A stretch of DNA of 28,341 nucleotides from a virus (lineage: Duplodnaviria; Caudoviricetes): IMG/VR virus record IMGVR_UViG_3300037518_000029, positions 1 to 28,341 of that record. One strand, given 5' to 3'. The position numbers and the translations under genes were made by a program. The notes under the pieces were generated by a model. It was not told the DNA's origin. It was given only the letters and a program-made list of their open reading frames with translations, and ran no database searches. Below, piece by piece: positions 16,259 to 24,644 of this stretch. The number at the start of each line of letters is the position of its first letter. Position 1 is the first letter of the stretch.

Positions 16259-17198
16259 TTACGACGACACGACGGCGTTCTTGCAGGCGACAGCCACGGA
16301 CGCCCTGAACCAAGCATCCAACAACGCTTCGCGGATCTACTCGTTGCCGCCTAAGCAGCCGCTGCGTGAGCCGAACTTCGACGTGACGCTGACCAAGCCC
16401 GTCTTGGACGCGCCGCCGCAGCTCAGCGACCTGTTCACCGAAGGCGATACCACCCAGGAGAACCTGCTGTGGCTGAACGAACAGGCGGACGAGTGGATCG
16501 CAAAGTACTTCCCGGAGATCAATGGGTGCTTCAAGACCCAGCCGGAAGAAACCCTCTGCGCCATCATCAGCGGCTCGCGTCCGTTCGGCGTAGACAAGAC
16601 TGTCTTCGAACAGGTGTGGAACCAAGCCCGTGACCGGGCGTACCGCACAGCCAACAGCGAGACTGCCACACTCAACGCCGCGTTCTCAGCGCGTGGGTTC
16701 ACCCTGCCGTCGGGGGCTATGGTTGACCTCATCGCGGGGGCTGAACGCAAGGCCACCGACGTAGTGCTGGATGTGAACCGTGACCAGGCTATGAAGGACG
16801 CAGACATCAAGGTGGATCTGCTCAAGGTAGCGCTGCAACTCGCCACGCAGATCAAGCTGGGCGTCATGTCCGCGATGGCTGACTTCTACCGGCTGTGGGT
16901 ATCCCTGCCAGACAAGGACATCGAGCGGGCGCGCATCAGGGCGCAGGCCATGAGCGCGTTCTACTCGGCGCTGAGCAGCTACTACAATGTGGAGATCGCC
17001 TTCCAAGAGCTGACACTGCGGGCGGCGACGGCTGACGCTGGTGTGGACATCGATGTGGACCGCAACCGTCTGTCGCACGAGGGCCACTTCGGGGCCACCG
17101 CTAGTGCCTTGGGCCAGGCGGTCAGCTCGTTCGCCAACGTGGCAGCACAAGCCAGCGTAGCTGGCGGCTCTCTCACTGCTGAGATCGAGACCATTTGA
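16254..17198 (+). CDS. Conserved helical virion protein (314 aa; tail/ejection-associated)
   Basis: GAGGT RBS. It contains QARDRAYR...FSARGFTLPSGAM and a long helical C-terminal half, and lies in the tail module. Confidence 0.75.
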   Translation: MAYDDTTAFLQATATDALNQASNNASRIYSLPPKQPLREPNFDVTLTKPVLDAPPQLSDLFTEGDTTQENLLWLNEQADEWIAKYFPEINGCFKTQPEETLCAIISGSRPFGVDKTVFEQVWNQARDRAYRTANSETATLNAAFSARGFTLPSGAMVDLIAGAERKATDVVLDVNRDQAMKDADIKVDLLKVALQLATQIKLGVMSAMADFYRLWVSLPDKDIERARIRAQAMSAFYSALSSYYNVEIAFQELTLRAATADAGVDIDVDRNRLSHEGHFGATASALGQAVSSFANVAAQASVAGGSLTAEIETI

Positions 17199-17224
17199 TA
17201 TGAATACAAAACCCGTTTTGGTAG

Positions 17225-17239
17225 CGAGGTAGGTATGGC
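17225..17239 (+). repeat. 15-nt direct repeat, copy 2
   Basis: Identical to 16244-16258, 981 nt downstream. Confidence 0.9.
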
Positions 17240-18233
17240 GAGTTATTTGGCTGTTGCGTCGGCGAGCGCGCCGTTCCTACTAATATACGACACGGACACG
17301 TGGGCCAAGATACCGGACCCGGCGGTGCTCCCGCCGTCCACAGCGCGCGGGGCCGCGTTCAACCCGGATAGCACGTTGCTGGCTATCGCGCACTCCGGGG
17401 GCGACCGACTCACGCTGTATAACACCGAGGACTGGAGCGCCCTACCCAGCCCGTCCATACTGCCGGCAGGGACACTAGCGAATGGGGTGGCGTTCAGCCC
17501 TGATGGGTCGCTACTGGCTGTGGCACATAACTCATTCCCGCGCATAACTATCTACAGCACCGTTGATTGGACAAAGCTGCCTAACCCGGCGGTCCTCCCC
17601 CCCGCTGAGGCGTTCTCGGTGGCATTTAGCCCGGATGGCGGCACGCTGCTGGTCGCAATCTCAGGTGGGGCGCACAATAACATTCGGCGGTACAACACCG
17701 CAGACTGGAGCGACCAGCCTGTGGCCGGCACAGGCGGAAGTGGTGATTCGCGCGCCGTGTCGTTCAACCCAGCCGGGACTCGTGCCGCAGCCGGGTTCGG
17801 GTTCAGTCCGTACGCGGCAGCGTTTGATACCGCCGCGTGGGAAACTGCGGCCACCGCGCTCACGGTTCCAGTGGGGTCGGGGCGTGCAACTCCGTTCAAC
17901 CCGTCCGGGTCATTGCTGGCTGTTGCCCATAACGCCTCGCCATATATCTCCATTTTCGATACATCGGATTGGAGTAAATTATCCGACCCGGCCGTGCTCC
18001 CTTCGGGGTCCGGTTGGGCGGCGATGTTCAGCTTGGACGGCACGCACCTTGCTGTTGGGCACAACACTGCGCCATACATCACCATTTACGACACGGATGG
18101 TTTTAATAAGATCGCAGACCCAGATACGCTGCCTGTCGGCATAGTGCATGGTGTGGCGTTCTCTGGTGTGGTTGTACCACCAGACCCGTCCGCGTTCTGG
18201 ACTAACCGCATCCGCACCGTGGAGACGGTGTGA
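17235..18233 (+). CDS. Seven-bladed WD40/YVTN-like beta-propeller protein (332 aa)
   Basis: Seven ~44-aa repeats of consensus LLAVAHxxxPyItIYxTxDWxKLxDPAVLPxgxaxgVAFSPDG, then a short tail PPDPSAFWTNRIRTVETV. Confidence 0.9.
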   Translation: MASYLAVASASAPFLLIYDTDTWAKIPDPAVLPPSTARGAAFNPDSTLLAIAHSGGDRLTLYNTEDWSALPSPSILPAGTLANGVAFSPDGSLLAVAHNSFPRITIYSTVDWTKLPNPAVLPPAEAFSVAFSPDGGTLLVAISGGAHNNIRRYNTADWSDQPVAGTGGSGDSRAVSFNPAGTRAAAGFGFSPYAAAFDTAAWETAATALTVPVGSGRATPFNPSGSLLAVAHNASPYISIFDTSDWSKLSDPAVLPSGSGWAAMFSLDGTHLAVGHNTAPYITIYDTDGFNKIADPDTLPVGIVHGVAFSGVVVPPDPSAFWTNRIRTVETV

Positions 18234-20338
18234 TACCTACAGCATTCCGGCCGCTCAGCGTAGCGGCTGTGTACCTGCGTAAGCGGGCGATAGACCTTGG
18301 GCAGAAGACGCGCAAGGCCGCGGTTATCAACGAGATTCACGAGCTGTTTATCCTCCGGGCAAACGCAGCAGGCGGTTCAGCTATCGTTACCGCGATAGAG
18401 GTTCCTCCGCTCCTGGGTGGACCGTTTGGTGGGCTCAACGCGGGTAGCGACTACTACCTACCGAGCGTAGATGCCAACTACGGCCCGCTGTTGAACGCGA
18501 TTACCAAGCCTACGTTCAGCTCAGAAGTCGGGCTGCCTGTTCCGACCCTGACCGACGACCCTAAATTCGGCGTTGCTTTGGGGTCAGGGAGGGTGGCTAT
18601 AGGTATGCTCCCCCCGTGGGATACCCAGCGCAACGCACTCAACGCTACTGTGGGGCAGTACTATGTGTACCCGTCCGCGTTCTTAGTTCCTGTTTGTCCG
18701 ACACTGGACAACAGCACCACGCCGCACATCCGGTCGCTGCTGGTTACGCGAACCAATGCGTACACCAGATCAACCAGGCTAGAAGAAGTAGCCCCAGGGG
18801 CAGGGCGCCCTGCGGTGAGCGGTGACGCACCTGTTGGTAGACCGGGTGGGATAGGCGCTGTGGAGTTCGCACGCGAGGTGTTGGGTGGCACTGCAGATGA
18901 CCTAATATCACGAGCCGCCGCGTGCCTTGAGTGGGGGCCACTGCGTGGTATAGCCAGCGCTGCGCTGGACACACAGGGTGAGCCTCGTCGTAGGCTTGCG
19001 CTGGTTGGTTACAACATCGCTGATGGTGGTGCGGGTGCCGAGCCAAGGTATGTGGGGGCCGCCGCGTGGCAGTCCGATGTAAGTGCTGACACAGTACCTG
19101 CAGGAGACGCTCCGCAGTCCGTGCCTGCTGAGGCTGACGTAGCACCCGGCTACACATTCCCTGTTTGGGCCAATACCAATGGGTTCCCCCACGGGCGATC
19201 AGCTAGCGACGGTAGCTTCACGCTGCCCGACGCAGCCATAAGCCGGTTGTGGGCAGCGAACGCTGGGTACGCGATAGAAGCCCCCGAGGCGTCCATACTC
19301 ATCGTACAAGTGGCCGCCGGCAGAACCGCAGCCAACTTCGACGCGGAGGGGTGGATCGGCGACCCTTCCGCGCCAACTTACAATACGTTCAGCGTACCGG
19401 CGGCGCAGGCGCTCAAGTTCAGCACCTATGCGGTGGCCATAGACGCCACCGGCGGCCTGACCTATACACCACTACATCAGTTCACGCACTCTATATACGA
19501 CCCAACGTGGTTCGGCGAACTGGAGCGGGTCAACTATCGACCGTACTTGGGGCTGAACACGTTCGCCGGTGCGCCGCGGTTGGTGTGCACCAAGCGCACG
19601 CACAACTACGAGGTATTGCCCGCAGAACCAGATACCCCGGAGACGCCGACTACACCCCGAGTGCAAGGTGAGCTAGAGCGCAAGGTACTGGCCGAGTTCG
19701 ACGCGTACACGCGCTTGGCTGATCTGGACTACGTAGTGGTCAGCAGCACTGGTGCGGAGGTGCCCTTGGCGGTGGGTGATTACTACCCGGTGCTGTTCTC
19801 GTTGACTACCGGCGCGGTCGGTGGCTCACCAGCGCCTACGGACGGTCGCATGGGGTACGCCACGGATACGTTACAAGCTGCCGAGCCACGCTACGCGATA
19901 GACCTGCCGGCTCCGTTCTGTCAATACGCGCCGGGTGTACTGGCCGTGCTGCTCTCCCCGAAATCGGACTACACGTCCGCGGTCCACGAACTGCGCGTTG
20001 GGTTGTTCAATGTGGCCACTGGCGCGCTGGTGCAGTTGTCGTCTGCGCTCCTTGGGTATATTACTGCCACCAGGTTCACCCTCTCGTGTTTCGAGCAAGG
20101 CACGGTAGACGAGTTCGGGGTATTGACCAGCCACGGTAGGCTGTTGGTAACTGCTAGCACGACGAGTGCCGCCGCAGATCGCGGTGACGGTATATTCGCC
20201 ATCAACGAGCTGAGCAACGTGACGTGGGTGTCGCGGGAGCCGAGCAACACACCAGTGCACTACATCGGCAACCCACTGGCGCCGGCCACCATCGGTGTCA
20301 GCGCCAACCTCATCGGGATCAAACCGACCCCGGTCTAA
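18230..20338 (+). CDS. Large hypothetical protein (702 aa), candidate tail spike/receptor-binding protein
   Basis: GGAG RBS and GTGA overlap with the propeller gene. It is the last gene of the plus-strand arm and beta-rich. No family was recognised. Confidence 0.7.
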   Translation: MIPTAFRPLSVAAVYLRKRAIDLGQKTRKAAVINEIHELFILRANAAGGSAIVTAIEVPPLLGGPFGGLNAGSDYYLPSVDANYGPLLNAITKPTFSSEVGLPVPTLTDDPKFGVALGSGRVAIGMLPPWDTQRNALNATVGQYYVYPSAFLVPVCPTLDNSTTPHIRSLLVTRTNAYTRSTRLEEVAPGAGRPAVSGDAPVGRPGGIGAVEFAREVLGGTADDLISRAAACLEWGPLRGIASAALDTQGEPRRRLALVGYNIADGGAGAEPRYVGAAAWQSDVSADTVPAGDAPQSVPAEADVAPGYTFPVWANTNGFPHGRSASDGSFTLPDAAISRLWAANAGYAIEAPEASILIVQVAAGRTAANFDAEGWIGDPSAPTYNTFSVPAAQALKFSTYAVAIDATGGLTYTPLHQFTHSIYDPTWFGELERVNYRPYLGLNTFAGAPRLVCTKRTHNYEVLPAEPDTPETPTTPRVQGELERKVLAEFDAYTRLADLDYVVVSSTGAEVPLAVGDYYPVLFSLTTGAVGGSPAPTDGRMGYATDTLQAAEPRYAIDLPAPFCQYAPGVLAVLLSPKSDYTSAVHELRVGLFNVATGALVQLSSALLGYITATRFTLSCFEQGTVDEFGVLTSHGRLLVTASTTSAAADRGDGIFAINELSNVTWVSREPSNTPVHYIGNPLAPATIGVSANLIGIKPTPV

Positions 20339-20643
20339 ACTATCGCGTGCCTACGCCGCAGACGATCGTCTGCGGCGGTCCGGTTGTCCCACTGCTTCAC
20401 ATCCTTGGTGCGCATGACAGTGATGACCACTCCGTCGCAGGCGATGAACACCGCGCCGCCAGGCGACACGAGGTAGTCGTAGTGCGCTGGCCATGTACCG
20501 ACGCCCTGGGACCGCTCCCAGCCCCTCCTGAGCCGGTTAATCATAGCCTTGCTGGCGCGCTTGGAGGCGTCGAACTCAGTATCGAGGTCTAGGTGGCTGC
20601 ATCGCTGCTGCCACCTTGCGCGGGCGTGGGGGGTTAGCCACAT
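20335..20643 (-). CDS. Small protein with DUF4258/RelE-like signature
   Basis: MWLTPHARARWQQR ... GAVFIACDGVVITVM fits the (L/F)TxHAxxRxxxR ... VITV pattern. ATG 20643, overlapping the upstream gene's end, is preferred over 20658. Confidence 0.6.
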   Translation of the reverse strand: MWLTPHARARWQQRCSHLDLDTEFDASKRASKAMINRLRRGWERSQGVGTWPAHYDYLVSPGGAVFIACDGVVITVMRTKDVKQWDNRTAADDRLRRRHAIV

Positions 20644-21290
20644 AGTCGAGCACCCCACTGTGCACCCATAGCGGCGGCGATCCCTGGGTAGGTCGCAGAC
20701 CGCTCTAGCCAGCGGGTGGCGCTAGGACTCAGGCGGTTCTGGCCGCTATCGGTCTGATTGGCCCATCGATATTTCCCGTTGGCGACACGAGGCTGAACGT
20801 GCTGCGTGCTCCTGAGCAGCGGAACACCATCGCTCAGCCAGAACCCAGTAGCCTTGCTCGCATCATCGCCGAACTGCCATGGCTGGATGATCTGTGACGG
20901 TTTGCGGATAGCCTTGCTGACGAAAGACGTGCCGGGGTTCTCGATAGCGACCGGGAACGGCAGGGCCAGTAGTCGCCGGAAGTTCTCCAAAGCCTCGTCG
21001 CGGGCCGCACGCCGCGCCGCGCCAACCAACGTACCGGGCTTGACCTTCTGGTGGTAGGGGCCATCTCCGTAGGCCCATGCTGCGCTCACTGTCAGGTAAG
21101 TGCACATCGGGTGTAGCACAGCGAAGTCCCACGGCTGGGTCAGCGCCGTCTGCCAGATGTCACCTTGGATATGCTTTGGCGAGTTGTCCCGCGCCGGTAA
21201 TAGATCGCACGTCCACACGTCGCAGCCCTGCGCCTCAAACGCGGCCCGTGTCAGGGGGCAGGCGGAATAGCCGATAAGAACCCGTTTCAT
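20634..21290 (-). CDS. Short phage C5-cytosine DNA methyltransferase-like protein with atypical motifs
   Basis: RVLIG...RAAFEAQGCDVWTCDL...HIQGD...WDFAVLHPMCTYL...AIENP...IIQPWQFG...KATGFWL...RSATYPGIAAAMGAQWG follows the layout of small phage Dcm-like proteins. Confidence 0.75.
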   Translation of the reverse strand: MKRVLIGYSACPLTRAAFEAQGCDVWTCDLLPARDNSPKHIQGDIWQTALTQPWDFAVLHPMCTYLTVSAAWAYGDGPYHQKVKPGTLVGAARRAARDEALENFRRLLALPFPVAIENPGTSFVSKAIRKPSQIIQPWQFGDDASKATGFWLSDGVPLLRSTQHVQPRVANGKYRWANQTDSGQNRLSPSATRWLERSATYPGIAAAMGAQWGARLCG

Positions 21291-24259
21291 ACCGCTTCCT
21301 CCTGTTGTCCAGAATCTTCAACCACCTGCACCACCCCAGCAACACCGGACAGCGCCGGGTTGTTGAAGTCCAGCAACCAGCAGTACGACTGCGCGCCGCT
21401 GTACCTGGTGCCTTTGCCCAAGACCATGCGCGTGCCGTCGGCCACCAACACACCAGACTCACGCAGCGAGTCTTGGATCTGTTTCGGGTCGGCGTTTCGC
21501 TCGGCGCAGAACCGGCGGAAGTCGGCCCTGTCGATGTACAGCCGGCCGAGGTGCCGCTCCAACCGGATGCGCAGCTTGTCGCTGGTAGGCTCGATGGTGA
21601 CTTGCGCCAGCGTCTTGCCCACAGGGTCGCTGTTGAGCACCAGCATGGACCGTAGGTTGTTGTTGATGTAGTCGGCGATCATGGACTCTGGGGTGCGTAC
21701 CTGCTCGGTCACAGTGCCACGCATGTTGTGGATCTGCTGGACAGCGAAGTCGCGCAGCGCATTGATGTTGGCGTTGGTCAACCCACAGGCGTTGGCCGCC
21801 TCGAACCCACTCAGCACAGCGGCAGCCACAGCCGACCAGAACCGTTCCGAGCTACCAGTGCCGGACAGCAAGTCGATCTCGCGTATCCAGTGGCGTACCC
21901 GGTCACGCACCAGGTCGCGGTTGGTCACGATGTACTGTGCATAAACCGGGCCAGCTAGGCCGAAGTTGTCATTCAGCTTGTCAAACGCATCGTCAGCTTC
22001 GCGCTTAGCCAGTGTGCCGGCGGGGACCATGTACTCGAAGATCCGGCTGGCCTCAGCGCTGGAGTCGGCCTTCACCGCAGCGAGCCGGGAGTGCAGGCTG
22101 GCGTTGGAGGTGGTCAGCATCATGGTGTTCCAGTTGCCGTAGTTCTCCTGCGCTTGGCCGTTCTGCTGCAAGCGCTGGCGCCCTTGGCCCTTGGTGATGG
22201 TGTAGGCCAGCTTCGACATCACGTCGCCGGGTAGGTTGGTGATCTCGTCGAACGTGGCGACGATGTTGTTGAGCACGCCCAGCTTGCCGTAGAACGCCTT
22301 CCATGTGTCCTGCTCGATGTCCATCCAGCCCATCTTCTTGTGGCCCCAGATAGAGTTGGCGCACAGGGCCGAGGATGACTTGCCAGTACCGCGGCTACCG
22401 ACCATCGACACTACTGCGCCGTCGAAGTTGGTGAAGCGGAACAGCGGCGCAGCGAACCCGACCCCGAAGCCGAACAGCAGCGCCTCAAGTCCTGGGCGGT
22501 TGTAGATAGACACGACCTGTTTCCACACCTCCAGATCACCGGCCGGCTGCACCCAGCCCAGAGCGTTCTGGATGTTGGGGCTAGGCTCGATCGGCTTGGC
22601 GCCCTGAGGCGTAACCACCCGGTCGGGCAGCACGAAGATGTTCTTGTCCTCGCGCCAGCCGAGCTGTGCGTACACAGTCGCCGCTGCGGACAGCTTCTGA
22701 AGCTCTCGAATATAAGCGACCATATAGCGCACCAACTCCTCTACTTTCTCCGGATTGACCATGACCCCCATAGACCCTAGCGTCTGTGCCAGGTTGCGGC
22801 GGTCGAAGAACTTACCGGCGGGTATCTGATACTCCTGCCAACCTTCATGTGGCAGCCAGCTACGGACGGCGACGTAGTACGCACTGTCGCGCTCGTCCCA
22901 GTTCAGCTTCACCGGGTAGATGTCGTAGTCGTAGATGACCTCATCTTTTGCGGGGCCATCGTCGTCTTCTACGTGGATGGCGATGCGCCCTGCGTCACAG
23001 CCGGGGGCTATAACCCGCTTGAATGGAAACGGCGGCGGCGGCATCTCCATAGACACTATGCCCGATTCTGTCTCTACTTGGACAACAGCGAGCGGTGCTT
23101 CCTCCAGCACGCGCACCGTCGATACCGGAGTCTTGATGGTATCGCGCATCGGGCAGCCATCGCAGCCGCTCGGGTTGTGGTTGCGGAACGTCTGGCACAG
23201 GGTTGGACCGGTGCCGCTACCCTCGTGCTGAGCTATCTTGTCGTTGGTTGCCTGCTCGCTGTAGCTGGGGTGCTTGGCACTCAGGTTGTGGATCGCCTTG
23301 AACCCTTTGTCCGTGAACCTCATGCAGCCAATCATGGCGTACCACTGCGGCTCAGTTACGAGCTGCGGGTTCTCCATCTGCCACATGAGCTGCCGGCAGC
23401 GCTGTACGATCTCTCTGGCGAGCGGCTGGGCCTGGCCTGCACCGTATGCAGCCTCGACGTTTATCTCCGCGGAGCCGCGCAGGTGCTCGGGCACAGCGCC
23501 CAACGAGCTGGTGGGGGCTGAGTAGTCGCGGCGCTCAGGGATAACCACCTGCGTGGACTGCTGCAGCGACTGGAGCTTCTGGAGCATGGTCTGGGTATCG
23601 ACGGGCGCGGCCTGAACGATAACCTCCACCGGGCGTGGGCTGGCCGTCTTCCAGTTGTATGTGCCAACCGGGCGCAGGATAGACGCAACGTCCGCGGTAC
23701 GCGATGGGTCAGCGCGTAGCCCCCAGGATTCGGTGAGTGCCTTGAGGATAGCGGCGTGGGCGTGCCACGTCTCACCGTCGATGGCCGTGGTGAGTGGCCA
23801 GTAGGCGTGCAGACCGCCGCCGGAGCTGACGACCAGGGGCTTGGGTAGCGACATGGACCGGCAGAAGTCACGCAGGGCTAAGCCAGCTTCGTTCTGCGTG
23901 GCGTAGGCGTTGGGGTCCGCCTTCACATCCAGGTCGAGCCAGAACGCCTTCACCTGATCGGTGTTGTCGGCGCCGGACTTGTGGCGACCACGGACCTTGA
24001 TCTCGGCTTCGTCGCGCTGAGCCTTGTTCATCTTGGTGTAGTCGTTGCGTACCGTTGCCAGTGCGAAGAATACGTTGACCGGCATCTCCCGATCGCAGGC
24101 CATAGCGATAGCCGCGGTGCTGGCGGCATCGATAGAGTTGTACGCGGTGTGGCGGAAGAACTGTACGTCCTTGCCGTCCTTGTTGAACTTGGCGGGTACT
24201 GCCAGCAAATAGATGCCAGCCTCCGGCCAGATGAGGCGCATAAAACTAAGCGTATCCAC
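21287..24259 (-). CDS. Primase-helicase fusion: AEP/RepB'-like primase + Cys cluster + DUF927-type P-loop helicase (990 aa)
   Basis: AGGAGG RBS and GTG start. AEP motifs WLDLD, SSGGGLHAYW and DVASILRPVGTYNWK. Cys cluster C...GPTLC..F.....GCDGC. Helicase motifs QLGW, Walker A GSRGTGKS, Walker B ATFDE, GQGRQRL and NFGLAG. Confidence 0.88.
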   Translation of the reverse strand: MDTLSFMRLIWPEAGIYLLAVPAKFNKDGKDVQFFRHTAYNSIDAASTAAIAMACDREMPVNVFFALATVRNDYTKMNKAQRDEAEIKVRGRHKSGADNTDQVKAFWLDLDVKADPNAYATQNEAGLALRDFCRSMSLPKPLVVSSGGGLHAYWPLTTAIDGETWHAHAAILKALTESWGLRADPSRTADVASILRPVGTYNWKTASPRPVEVIVQAAPVDTQTMLQKLQSLQQSTQVVIPERRDYSAPTSSLGAVPEHLRGSAEINVEAAYGAGQAQPLAREIVQRCRQLMWQMENPQLVTEPQWYAMIGCMRFTDKGFKAIHNLSAKHPSYSEQATNDKIAQHEGSGTGPTLCQTFRNHNPSGCDGCPMRDTIKTPVSTVRVLEEAPLAVVQVETESGIVSMEMPPPPFPFKRVIAPGCDAGRIAIHVEDDDGPAKDEVIYDYDIYPVKLNWDERDSAYYVAVRSWLPHEGWQEYQIPAGKFFDRRNLAQTLGSMGVMVNPEKVEELVRYMVAYIRELQKLSAAATVYAQLGWREDKNIFVLPDRVVTPQGAKPIEPSPNIQNALGWVQPAGDLEVWKQVVSIYNRPGLEALLFGFGVGFAAPLFRFTNFDGAVVSMVGSRGTGKSSSALCANSIWGHKKMGWMDIEQDTWKAFYGKLGVLNNIVATFDEITNLPGDVMSKLAYTITKGQGRQRLQQNGQAQENYGNWNTMMLTTSNASLHSRLAAVKADSSAEASRIFEYMVPAGTLAKREADDAFDKLNDNFGLAGPVYAQYIVTNRDLVRDRVRHWIREIDLLSGTGSSERFWSAVAAAVLSGFEAANACGLTNANINALRDFAVQQIHNMRGTVTEQVRTPESMIADYINNNLRSMLVLNSDPVGKTLAQVTIEPTSDKLRIRLERHLGRLYIDRADFRRFCAERNADPKQIQDSLRESGVLVADGTRMVLGKGTRYSGAQSYCWLLDFNNPALSGVAGVVQVVEDSGQQEEAV

Positions 24260-24281
24260 AGACGCCTCCTACTTCGGCTTG

Positions 24282-24596
24282 TTATTGGGTTTTGAGCAGC
24301 AGGGCTTTCAGTGCGGTGCTGCGCTGACCCACATCGTCGATGCTGGCGATGCGCCGGTAGGCTTGGTGCTTGGAGTCGTACAGGTTCATGGACAGAATGG
24401 CGCGGCGGATACTATCGGTGTTGACGTAGAACAGACGGTCCACACCGCCCTTGCCGCGGGCCGCACGCAACCAACGAGCCGCTGTGCCGGGGGCGATGTC
24501 GAACAGGGTAGCGAGACCGCGAACACTGGATTGCGTGGTGATACTGAACGCCAGTAGCAGCGCCAGGAACTCTTGGATTTCTTCTTTAGACAGCAT
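24282..24596 (-). CDS. Helix-turn-helix protein (putative transcriptional regulator)
   Basis: SVRGLATLFDIAPGTAARWL fits an HTH. RBS GGAG spacing favours ATG 24596 over 24602. Confidence 0.65.
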   Translation of the reverse strand: MLSKEEIQEFLALLLAFSITTQSSVRGLATLFDIAPGTAARWLRAARGKGGVDRLFYVNTDSIRRAILSMNLYDSKHQAYRRIASIDDVGQRSTALKALLLKTQ

Positions 24597-24618
24597 ATTC
24601 ATAGCTCCGGTAGTGAGG

Positions 24619-24638
24619 CGGGGGCTGTGAAGCCCCCG
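24619..24638 (-). other. GC-rich intergenic stem-loop without U-tract
   Basis: CGGGGGCT-gtga-AGCCCCCG is a perfect 8-bp stem between the SSB-like gene and the HTH gene. Confidence 0.7.
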
Positions 24639-24644
24639 ACCATC

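Noticed and set aside
17235-18233. Propeller repeats as a CRISPR array or a diversity-generating retroelement TR/VR pair
   Set aside because: The repeats are in-frame protein repeats diverged at all bases rather than only at adenines. There is no repeat-spacer structure and no reverse transcriptase or cas gene in the window.
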